Assembly: GCA_020059745.1 (NCBI GenBank) | Contig: JAGVBK010000004.1 | Coordinates: 26,932-90,931, forward strand | Direction of reading: 5' to 3' | DNA length: 64,000 nt | Source: Candidatus Shapirobacteria bacterium | GTDB lineage: Bacteria; Patescibacteriota; Microgenomatia; UM-FILTER-40-11 | Shown here: piece after piece, positions 56,376 through 64,000 of the stretch | Position numbering within the stretch: position 1 is the stretch's first letter | Layout: every line of letters starts with the position of its first letter | The notes under the pieces: model-generated | The model's input: the letters and a program-made list of their open reading frames with translations, nothing else | Told to the model about the DNA's origin: nothing | Database searches by the model: none | Position numbers and translations under genes: made by a program

Positions 56376-57068
56376 CTAAAGAAGATCCCAACCTCTTTTT
56401 AACCTGAAAAGTGCCCGATTGTATTCCGGACTTAAAACAAAATAGCCGTCACTGCTTAAAAGAGCAATTCCGTTCCCCAAAAAAGACCGGGCCATAAAAC
56501 CTTCAGGAGAGCGGTTAACTAAAATTAAGTTTTTACCTATTAAAAAGCCCCCCCTGCCCTGACTCTGGCAAGAAAGAGAATCAACTTTAGCCAGAAAAAA
56601 GCTGGTTTCATCAAAATAGGCTAAAGATAAATGTCCGGAACGCCTTAAACCTTCAATTCCTGAACCTTGCTGGTTTAGATAATCATGAACCTTGGCGTTT
56701 TGATTAAAGGAGTTAATCTTTCCCCACTGCACCGTTACTCCTTCCTCGGAGATGAAATAGTAAGCGGAAACACCCCTTTCCAAACAGAGCTTACCGGTTT
56801 TTTTAGGAGAGTTGTTGTCAAGATGAAAGACCAAAGACTGCCTTTCTGCTGGTTCCAAAGAGAGCCTGCTTAGAACTTTAACCAAGCTGAGGCCTTTTAC
56901 TGTAGGTAACATTCTGCCTTCAATCATTTTTGTACCCACAGAACTTCCGCAATTATTCCAAAACTCAAAATAAATTTCTTTTTCTTTCATATTAACGAAA
57001 AAGCCCCGACTTTTTAGCCGGGGCTCTTGGTTTCTTTTAAAAGACCTTATACCATAACCCCTTCCCAT
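56376..57068 (-). CDS. hypothetical protein
   Basis: ORF only; probable start at the Met MKEKEIYF. Confidence 0.4.
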   Translation of the reverse strand: MGRGYGIRSFKRNQEPRLKSRGFFVNMKEKEIYFEFWNNCGSSVGTKMIEGRMLPTVKGLSLVKVLSRLSLEPAERQSLVFHLDNNSPKKTGKLCLERGVSAYYFISEEGVTVQWGKINSFNQNAKVHDYLNQQGSGIEGLRRSGHLSLAYFDETSFFLAKVDSLSCQSQGRGGFLIGKNLILVNRSPEGFMARSFLGNGIALLSSDGYFVLSPEYNRALFRLKRGWDLL

Positions 57069-57145
57069 TTAAGGGAAATAAGGTTAAGGAGCAAAACTTT
57101 TGTAAACATAGAAGCAATTATATAAAAAAAGCAGAACAGTGGCAA

Positions 57146-57427
57146 TTAAGAAGACTCTTCAATTCTGATCGCCATCCCGTTAACAATGGCTTTGGCTACT
57201 TTGGAATGAGCGCTATCAATCAATCTGGCAAAAGTAGGCTGAGAAATTTTCATCATTCCCGCGGCTTTTGTCTGTTCATTTTCCTCAACATCATAAAGAC
57301 GCAAAGCCTCAAGCTCGTCAGGCTGAAGAACAACCTCATCAAGCAGCCTTAAAGGAATTCCCTGAGGCTTAAAATAATAAACATCAGGTTTAAATCTGAT
57401 GAGCCTTTTAACTCTTGGTCTTGGCAT
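57146..57427 (-). CDS. DUF134 (UPF0251) putative DNA-binding protein
   Basis: 93 aa; sigma70-region-4-like HTH (EQTKAAGMMKISQPTFARLI). Confidence 0.65.
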   Translation of the reverse strand: MPRPRVKRLIRFKPDVYYFKPQGIPLRLLDEVVLQPDELEALRLYDVEENEQTKAAGMMKISQPTFARLIDSAHSKVAKAIVNGMAIRIEESS

Positions 57428-57479
57428 AGCTAATTATAGCAATTAAGGCAAACGGCCCTTATCTTAGGGCCGTTTACTT

Positions 57480-57725
57480 TTATTTGCCCGTCTCTCCTTC
57501 TTCGCTTTTAACATCCTCAAGCTCTTCTTCTAAAGCTTGGCGGTATTCGGAGAGAGCTTTTTTTTGCTCTTCCCTGGTTTGTGGCCAACTCCAGCCAAAG
57601 TATCTGCCCAAACCGCGACCTGCACCAAATCTTCTTCTCCATCCGAGGCCTAAACCGCATGGTCCAAAACCTCTTCCTGTACCTGGTCCTCTTCCAAGAG
57701 GGCCGGATCCGTCAAATCCTGGCAT
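57480..57725 (-). CDS. DUF5320-like Gly/Arg-rich protein with C-terminal acidic coiled coil
   Basis: MPGFDGSGPLGRGPGTGRGFG...EEQKKALSEYRQALEEELEDVK. RBS AGGAGGTG upstream. Confidence 0.55.
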   Translation of the reverse strand: MPGFDGSGPLGRGPGTGRGFGPCGLGLGWRRRFGAGRGLGRYFGWSWPQTREEQKKALSEYRQALEEELEDVKSEEGETGK

Positions 57726-57748
57726 TTTTATTCACCTCCTTAGGAATA

Positions 57749-57772
57749 TATTATGAATATATATTCATAATA
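57749..57772. promoter_or_regulatory. perfect 24-bp palindrome TATTATGAATATATATTCATAATA (candidate operator)
   Basis: Verified base by base. Lies 24-47 bp upstream of the DUF5320 start codon. Confidence 0.6.
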
Positions 57773-57806
57773 CACCCACAGAAATTGATTGTCAAGCTTT
57801 TTTGTT

Positions 57807-58418
57807 TTAAAACAAACGGAAAAGCCAACCAAAAATTCCGGGGTTATCTTCCTCAAAACTGATTCTTTCTTGCAAGGAAGTATTTTCTTGAACCAGTGCT
57901 TTAACCATTTCCTCAACCGTGCTAATTTCAGTCTGATTAACAAGTTTACTCTTCAGCTCTTCAAGCTTTGTTATTCTAACTTGGTTTTGCTCAACTTCCT
58001 GTCTAATATTTCTAATTGCCTTAAAATCAGGACCAATAACAGACCTTAACCAGCCTGGCCGTGTATCCAGCTTTCCTATGTGTTCCCGGATTTCCTCTTG
58101 GGCTTGGTTTTGAGAACGAGCTATTTCACTTACCTCCTCTCCTATCCCACCTTTCGGCGTGCCAGAGGCTAGTATTTCTTGCACTTTTTGGGAAACAATA
58201 TTCATATGTTCTTTTTCAACTCTGCTGTCCAAAAGTCCTTCTTCGTCTTGGGTTCTTACTTGGTTTTGCTCTTCATTTCTAACCTGAGCTCCTGTTACCA
58301 TCGGAGAAATCCTCAGCCTTTGCTGTTCTTGGGTCCTTGCCTCAGTTTGGGCAAGAGCAGTCCTTGCTAAAGTCAAGGAAAAGGCAAAAAGACTGACAAA
58401 CAAAAAAATTTTTCTCAT
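57807..58418 (-). CDS. hypothetical secreted coiled-coil protein
   Basis: Signal peptide; Q/E-rich. Confidence 0.5.
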   Translation of the reverse strand: MRKIFLFVSLFAFSLTLARTALAQTEARTQEQQRLRISPMVTGAQVRNEEQNQVRTQDEEGLLDSRVEKEHMNIVSQKVQEILASGTPKGGIGEEVSEIARSQNQAQEEIREHIGKLDTRPGWLRSVIGPDFKAIRNIRQEVEQNQVRITKLEELKSKLVNQTEISTVEEMVKALVQENTSLQERISFEEDNPGIFGWLFRLF

Positions 58419-58540
58419 CCTTCACCCCCTTTCTTAAAGCAATCCATTGCTTGAAAAATTTTAAAAATCTGGTAAATAGTATAGCATACACACCAAAGGC
58501 CTGGTTAAATAAAGTCATGCTATAATTCGTAAGAAATCTT

Positions 58541-60040
58541 ATGAAACCTGCCCAAATTAAGCAAAAATTATTAAAAAAACTTCCATCCGCATTGCCTCCG
58601 ATGATTGTGATCCTTCTGCTTTTTGCAGCTCGAAGTTACAGCTATCTTCTTTTCCATACTACTGTTGAAGCTTTCAGTTTTGTAATCGCCATATGCCTTT
58701 TTTTGTTTGCCTGGAATACCAGAAAAATTGTCAAAAATCATTTCTTTTTGTTTTTAGGTATTGTCTTTTTATATGTCGGGTTACTAGACTTCGTTCATTC
58801 TCTTTCTTACAAGGGAATGAACATATTCCAGGGGTTTGATGCCAATCTGCCTACTCAGCTTTGGGTAGCCGGAAGGTACATCCTTTCTGTCTCCTTTTTA
58901 ATTTCCCCTGTTTTTATTGAAAAGAAATTAAATTATAAATCAGCCTTTATTGCGTATACTACGGTAACCGTTTTAATCTTAATATCCATCTTTAAATGGA
59001 AGATTTTTCCTGATGCCTATATCGAAGGAGTCGGATTAACTGTATTTAAAAGAATAAGCGAGTTTGTGTTTTCCCTTGTATTCCTAGGAGCCATTTTAAA
59101 GTTAAATCGCAAAAGGGGAAATTTTGACCCAAAAACCTTCAGGCTACTTACTTATTCCTTGACCCTAAATATAATTGCCGGCCTGCTCTTCACTCTTTAC
59201 TTTGATGTTTATGACATCTTTAACATGCTTGGCCACACAATCAGGATGGGGGCTTATTATCTTGTTTATAAAGCCACCATTGAAATTGGTTTAACCCGTC
59301 CTTATAATCTTCTCTTTTTAGAACTGGAAAATTTAAACAAACGCAAGGATGAGTTTATCAACATCGCCGGCCATGAACTAAAAACACCGGTCACCAGTAT
59401 TAAGCTTTACTCACAACTGCTCGGAAAGGAGCTTTCTCGGGATTCGCAAAAAGTTTCCTTTGCCAATAAAATCGACTATCAGGCCGACAGAATGACCAGC
59501 CTCATAAATGAAATTCTTGACATAAGCAGGATAGAAAAAGGCAATCTCTCTCTTGAAAAAAGAGTGTTTGATATTAACGAATTGGCAAAATTGACTATTG
59601 ACGACATTAGACAAAACAACCCAAAACACAAGTTAATCTTCAAAGGCGGACGGCGAATTGAAATTAATGCCGACATCTTAAGAGTTAGTCAGGTGCTGAC
59701 AAATCTTATTAATAATGCCATAAAATATTCACCAGAAGGAAAAAGAGTTATTGTTGGCCTGCAGAAAAACGGGAAAGAAGTGGTAGCAAGTGTCAAAGAC
59801 TTTGGTGTTGGCATTCCTAAAACAGAACAAGAAAAGATATTTGATAAATTTTACAGGATAGAAAAAGAACAAAAAAACTCCAGCGGATTCGGCTTGGGGC
59901 TTTATATTGTGAAAGAGATAATTGAAGGCCACGGAGGCAAAATTTGGGTTGAAAGCAAAGAAGGAAAAGGCTCCACATTTTACTTCACCCTGCCCCTAAG
60001 CCCTTCTTCCTCTAAAACAAAGCCTTTTGAATTTCCATAA
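58541..60040 (+). CDS. membrane-embedded sensor histidine kinase
   Basis: ~7 TM N-terminal sensor; H-box HELKTPV; N/G boxes. Confidence 0.8.
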   Translation: MKPAQIKQKLLKKLPSALPPMIVILLLFAARSYSYLLFHTTVEAFSFVIAICLFLFAWNTRKIVKNHFFLFLGIVFLYVGLLDFVHSLSYKGMNIFQGFDANLPTQLWVAGRYILSVSFLISPVFIEKKLNYKSAFIAYTTVTVLILISIFKWKIFPDAYIEGVGLTVFKRISEFVFSLVFLGAILKLNRKRGNFDPKTFRLLTYSLTLNIIAGLLFTLYFDVYDIFNMLGHTIRMGAYYLVYKATIEIGLTRPYNLLFLELENLNKRKDEFINIAGHELKTPVTSIKLYSQLLGKELSRDSQKVSFANKIDYQADRMTSLINEILDISRIEKGNLSLEKRVFDINELAKLTIDDIRQNNPKHKLIFKGGRRIEINADILRVSQVLTNLINNAIKYSPEGKRVIVGLQKNGKEVVASVKDFGVGIPKTEQEKIFDKFYRIEKEQKNSSGFGLGLYIVKEIIEGHGGKIWVESKEGKGSTFYFTLPLSPSSSKTKPFEFP

Positions 60041-60582
60041 GCAATAAAGCCGTTAAAATCAAGAATCGTCCCTTCTGTTTTTGAAGAATTAAAGTTTACT
60101 GCCGAAATTTCAGCTCCGGTAAAATTAGTATTTTTAAGATTGCAATTTTCAAAAACCGCACCTTTAAGGTTAGCATTCAAAAAACTTACTCCGGACAAAT
60201 CACAAGCAAAAAAGACAGAGTTTTCAAGCTCGGTTTTTTCAAAAACATTTCCCTTTAAGTCAAGCTTTTCTTTAATAAAACTGCTTCCTTCTTTAAGTTT
60301 CTGGAAAGTGCAGTTTATCATGATTGCTTTTGAAAAGTCGCAGCTTTCAAAACTTGTCTCGGAAAAATCAAGGTTACTTAACTTGCTTTCGGGAAAAAAA
60401 CAGCCAAAAAAGCTGGTCAGCTCAAAAAAGCAGCCGGAGAAATCACATAAGCTAAACTCGCAATTCTTAAAAGAAGTAAATTTAAGCTTGGCTCCGCCAA
60501 ATCGGCAGCTTAAAAAAGTATCTTTCTCAAAATCCTGTCCCTTTATCTCCTTTCCGGAAAAGACCTTGTTTTTATAAACCAC
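59980..60582 (-). CDS. pentapeptide-repeat protein
   Basis: Tandem A(D/N)LxF-type pentapeptides; convergent 61-bp overlap with the kinase gene. Confidence 0.65.
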   Translation of the reverse strand: MVYKNKVFSGKEIKGQDFEKDTFLSCRFGGAKLKFTSFKNCEFSLCDFSGCFFELTSFFGCFFPESKLSNLDFSETSFESCDFSKAIMINCTFQKLKEGSSFIKEKLDLKGNVFEKTELENSVFFACDLSGVSFLNANLKGAVFENCNLKNTNFTGAEISAVNFNSSKTEGTILDFNGFIAYGNSKGFVLEEEGLRGRVK

Positions 60583-60613
60583 CTTTTAATTTTATCATTA
60601 GACACCAAGAGAC

Positions 60614-61093
60614 TTAAGCTCTTGAAGTTTGTTTTTTAATTTTTTCAGCCCATTCTAAAGCTCTCTTAAGTTCTCCTTCTTCCAAAGGCCCTTCTTTGTC
60701 TCTAACCGCAAATCCCTCTGGCTCTAAAATTAAACTTCCTCCTTTTAATTTAAGAATTTTGGCAATGCGGGAAGCTGCATAACCAAGTACTTGTACTAAA
60801 AGCTTAAGGCCAAAGCCTTTGTCCTTAGCTAAAATTCTGGTATCAAAGGCGGTTACTTTAACTCCAGAAAGCGCATTCGGCTCAAGACCGCCTAAAAATT
60901 TCGCTACCGCCGGCGTTGGTCTTCCTCCATGGGTTGGCGAGCCAACAATAAAAAGGTCAAGAGCTTTTAAATCTTGCTTTTTGAGCTCTTTTATTTGAAG
61001 AAGCTTAACTTGGTTGGAAAAAGCTTCAGCTATGGCCCGGGCAACTTTTTCCGTGTTTCCGTAAACAGAATCATAAGCTATTAAAATGTTCAT
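60614..61093 (-). CDS. flavodoxin-like fold protein
   Basis: MNILIAYDSVYGNTEKVA. Confidence 0.65.
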   Translation of the reverse strand: MNILIAYDSVYGNTEKVARAIAEAFSNQVKLLQIKELKKQDLKALDLFIVGSPTHGGRPTPAVAKFLGGLEPNALSGVKVTAFDTRILAKDKGFGLKLLVQVLGYAASRIAKILKLKGGSLILEPEGFAVRDKEGPLEEGELKRALEWAEKIKKQTSRA

Positions 61094-61178
61094 AGTTTAA
61101 ATCTATCCTAAAAAGAGTCTTTGCTCAAGCAAAAAAAACAGCAGCTTCAAATAAAATAAATTAAAGTATAATTAAAAG

Positions 61179-63155
61179 GTGAGGAAGTTATGGCCAATTT
61201 TACTGATAACGACAATTTTTTTCGTTCTCTTTCAATCCCGCTATATTTTTTTCTTTAAGTATGAACCTGAATATTACGAAGGTTTGTATTACCATTCCCA
61301 ATGGATATACCCAAGTAGCACTCGCGGGATTTCCGATGGGGAGCTTTACAAATTTGTAGGTTACCAGCTAGCAAACGGTGAAAACCCTTTTAATATAAAC
61401 TTCGAAATTCCACCTTTGGGTAAGTACTTATATGGTTTGGCAGAAAAGTATCTTGGCAACCCATATTGGGTTAGCGTTCTTCTTTTTCTCTTATCTACCG
61501 CAGTTATGTTTTTTTTAACGAAAGATTTGCTAAAAAACGAGTCCCTTTCTTTTTTGGCTGCCCTTCTTTTTACCACTACCCCTTTTGTCGCCACCCAGGT
61601 TTCTGAAACAATGCTTGATTTACCTTTGATGTTTTTTTACTTAGTTCAGGTTTTTTGTTTTACAAAATACCTAAAAAAACAAAACCTTAAGCATCTTATT
61701 CTTGCCGGGATATTTCTGGGACTCGCAACCGGAACAAAACCAGGCGTTTTTACTCCGGTAGTAGCTCTATTCGGGTTTTTAATGATTGGTTTTCTAAGCC
61801 GGAAAGCTATTCATCTTTTTACCTACCCGATTTCAATTTTTTCAGGTTATATTTTGGCTTTTTTTTGTTATTTTATAAAACACCCTAACCCGATTCCTTG
61901 GCTTAAACTTCACCAAAAATCACTGGAATTTTATCTTTTGCCTGAAAACGCTATTGACCACCTTCATGTTTGGAAAAGTGTTTTTCTGAACCGATATCAA
62001 GGGTGGTGGTGGAACGACAGGGGCACTGTCGGCGGTGCTTCCCCCGTTCTGCCTCTTGGTGTTTTAGCGCTTTTTCCTGTCTTTTATCTGGCAATTAAAA
62101 ATAAGAATTTTCCGATTCTTTACCTATCGGCAATAAGCTTAATTTTTTTGATTGTTAACACTTTTATTCCCTTTTTTCCCCGCTATTTAATGACAATTGT
62201 TCCTTTACTTATAATCCTCACTGTTTTTTTATTTAAGAAATTGCCCTGGCTTTTGGCATTTTTTGTCCTTGTCAACCTGCCCTTTTTAGTCTCAATTTTT
62301 TCACCCTGGCCTAACGGCGATGCTTTTGCCCTTGCCAGGTTTTTTTCCACCCGGGCCAACCATGAGCTTTACCGAAGCTTGACACCTGGACAAAGAAACC
62401 AAATTCCAGAAACTGATTTTATTGAATTAAATGAATCCTTTTTAGAAGGCTTGGGGGTAAGAAAAATAAACGCTGAAGTTGTTGATATTTCAAGGTCGGG
62501 AAATAAAGCAGAAGTGAAATACCAAATCAGCCTTGAAACAAAGTATGGATGGGTAGAACACAAACCAACCCTTAACTTTATTAAAAAGAAAAACCAGTGG
62601 CGGGCAGAATGGCAGTGGAGCTTTTTATGGCCCGGGTTTGGTCCTGGAAGTAATTTAACCATTAAAGAAGGCTCAATTCCACTCGCAAAGATTGAAACAA
62701 CCAAAGGGCAAACTTTGGCGATAAAAAATCCCGGAAAGCTGGTTTATGTCTTTCCAAGGGTGATGTTCGACTGGAACAAACACCTAAAGCTGCTTTCAAA
62801 TATTACCGGTGAAACCGAAAAGGAAGTTAATGAAAGAGCCAGAAGAGCGGTCCCTGATCACAGAGTAAGATACATAGGTTACCTTAACCCTGCTTTTGAC
62901 AAGGAAGGAATTGAAAAAGCTTACCAAGTTCCTGGAGTTGAATTAAAAGAAACAAGCTACCTTACAGTTTTAAAAGAGCCAGAATTAACTGCAAAGCTTA
63001 TTGGAAAATTACAAAAAGAAAAGCCTGAGCTTTTTTATGTAAGAGCTGAAGCATTTGTTGAAAATTCCCAAGGACAAAAATACCCAATTTTGTTTAAAGG
63101 CGTAGAGCAAAAAGAAACAATAATAAAAGTGGCACCAGACTACCAGCCGCTTTAA
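61179..63155 (+). CDS. GT-C (PMT_2/ArnT-like) membrane glycosyltransferase fused to a PBP-type NTF2-like (MecA_N-like) domain
   Basis: ~11 TM N-terminal half with a GT-C-like loop; C-terminus (..KAEVKYQISLETKYGWVEHKPTLNFIKKKNQWRAEWQWSFLWPGF..) matches the NTF2-like N-terminal domain of class B PBPs. Confidence 0.5.
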   Translation: MRKLWPILLITTIFFVLFQSRYIFFFKYEPEYYEGLYYHSQWIYPSSTRGISDGELYKFVGYQLANGENPFNINFEIPPLGKYLYGLAEKYLGNPYWVSVLLFLLSTAVMFFLTKDLLKNESLSFLAALLFTTTPFVATQVSETMLDLPLMFFYLVQVFCFTKYLKKQNLKHLILAGIFLGLATGTKPGVFTPVVALFGFLMIGFLSRKAIHLFTYPISIFSGYILAFFCYFIKHPNPIPWLKLHQKSLEFYLLPENAIDHLHVWKSVFLNRYQGWWWNDRGTVGGASPVLPLGVLALFPVFYLAIKNKNFPILYLSAISLIFLIVNTFIPFFPRYLMTIVPLLIILTVFLFKKLPWLLAFFVLVNLPFLVSIFSPWPNGDAFALARFFSTRANHELYRSLTPGQRNQIPETDFIELNESFLEGLGVRKINAEVVDISRSGNKAEVKYQISLETKYGWVEHKPTLNFIKKKNQWRAEWQWSFLWPGFGPGSNLTIKEGSIPLAKIETTKGQTLAIKNPGKLVYVFPRVMFDWNKHLKLLSNITGETEKEVNERARRAVPDHRVRYIGYLNPAFDKEGIEKAYQVPGVELKETSYLTVLKEPELTAKLIGKLQKEKPELFYVRAEAFVENSQGQKYPILFKGVEQKETIIKVAPDYQPL

Positions 63156-63170
63156 GCTTTTAACCTCTTT

Positions 63171-63509
63171 TTAATTTCTTGCGGCTTCACAGTTTTCTTT
63201 TGTTCCTGGAACCTGACTGTGAAATTTTACAATTGCCTCGCAAGGATAATCCTCACACTGACTGCAGCTTGTTAAGTTTTTTTCTTTGGCACAAAGCCTG
63301 TATGAACACTTAAAGCAGTGCTCATACCAAGGGCCTTCAGAATTACACCCCAAGCAATTTAAGTCTTCGGGGTTAATACCGGGGTGGCTATACTCTTTTT
63401 CCCATTTTCTTGCAGTTTTTTCCCTAAGAGAGTCGTCATCCTTAACCGTTGCTTGATAACAGTCACATTTTGAGCAGTCTAAACCGCAAACGCCAATATT
63501 TTTATTCAT
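63171..63509 (-). CDS. DUF3795-like Cys-rich protein
   Basis: CGLDCSKCDCY...CLGC...CFKC...CSQCEDYPCE; start taken as the internal Met at 63509. Confidence 0.55.
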   Translation of the reverse strand: MNKNIGVCGLDCSKCDCYQATVKDDDSLREKTARKWEKEYSHPGINPEDLNCLGCNSEGPWYEHCFKCSYRLCAKEKNLTSCSQCEDYPCEAIVKFHSQVPGTKENCEAARN

Positions 63510-63591
63510 ATTACTATTATAAACATTAATTTCGTTAATATGCTTTATATTTTTAAAAAGTTTTATAATAATAGAAATGAAAGGAGGAAAA

Positions 63592-63762
63592 ATGAAAAAA
63601 GCTTCCGGCACAGGCGCGGTTTACGGCCTGGGTTTTTTTGGCGCCTTGGTTTACTTTCTCCAACAGGCAACTTCATTTTGGGAGGGAGTACTTGGTGTCT
63701 TAAAAGCAATTTTTTGGCCAGGATTTTTAGTTTATGAGCTTCTCAGTTTTCTGGGAGTATAG
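63592..63762 (+). CDS. small membrane protein (56 aa)
   Basis: GGAGG RBS before MKKASGTG...; two hydrophobic segments. Confidence 0.4.
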   Translation: MKKASGTGAVYGLGFFGALVYFLQQATSFWEGVLGVLKAIFWPGFLVYELLSFLGV

Positions 63763-63783
63763 AAGTAGCCCTAAAATTAGATT

Positions 63784-63990
63784 TTAAAAAGACAAATAGC
63801 GTGCAATACCCGTTAGTGCGATTGCAGCAGCAACTCTTTTTAAAAATATTCTTCGCGACAGCTCTTTCGGCGACATCAGCCTTAAGGCTAATTTTTTTGA
63901 TTCACTTGATGATAACCCTGGAAAAATAATTTGATCAGCTAAATCCCAGGCCTGAGCCCCAAGAACAGCAAATCCTAGCCCTTTACTCAT
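63784..63990 (-). CDS. hypothetical protein (possibly longer, start uncertain near window end)
   Basis: ORF only. Confidence 0.25.
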   Translation of the reverse strand: MSKGLGFAVLGAQAWDLADQIIFPGLSSSESKKLALRLMSPKELSRRIFLKRVAAAIALTGIARYLSF

Positions 63991-64000
63991 TTGATTAGGA

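Overview
This 64 kb window has low GC and is densely coded. It looks like a reduced-genome bacterium, possibly from the Candidate Phyla Radiation / Patescibacteria. Central carbon metabolism is archaeal-type: class I DhnA aldolase, a ~220-aa tetrameric-type TPI, and transketolase split into N and C subunits. There are two small oxidoreductase clusters. Most of the window is ordinary core genes: ftsH, ftsB, xer-like recombinase, nrdDG, leuS, two tandem class A PBPs, a long glycolysis/pentose-phosphate operon, a kor–iscSU–arsR operon, dinB, ku, two-component systems, ppa and aldo/keto reductases.

The region that stands out is 5.7–9.9 kb. Directly downstream of the tyrosine recombinase gene there are three clusters of an AAATTAG(A/T)C-type repeat flanking a disrupted four-helix-bundle ('23S IVS protein') gene. 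Next to it, on the minus strand, sits a nest of tRNA(UAU) pieces: an intact tRNA-Ile(UAU) flanked by a 5' tRNA half and two different 3' tRNA halves, each carrying a copy of the CTTATAA anticodon-loop core. This looks like the scar of repeated site-specific integration into a tRNA anticodon loop. Abutting that is a translationally coupled three-gene operon built around a membrane-anchored VirB4/TraC-like ATPase.

Other notable items:
- an intact four-helix-bundle gene (32.6 kb) flanked by ~30-bp imperfect inverted repeats, fused onto the ends of both neighbouring genes (IVS-like stem-loop element)
- a DUF5320–DUF134 operon with a perfect 24-bp palindromic operator
- a stress island (Y-family polymerase, desulforedoxin-like and KGG mini-proteins missed by the ORF track, Ku, Gly/Tyr-rich BON proteins with a 45-bp tandem repeat, a ChaB remnant)
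- tandem PBP paralogs sharing near-identical gene-conversion tracts
- a GT-C glycosyltransferase fused to a PBP-type NTF2-like domain
- a noncanonical tRNA(CAU) with a C1·A72 mismatch
- phased direct repeats (AGCCTCARATT x2) upstream of two genes

No CRISPR array or rRNA was found.
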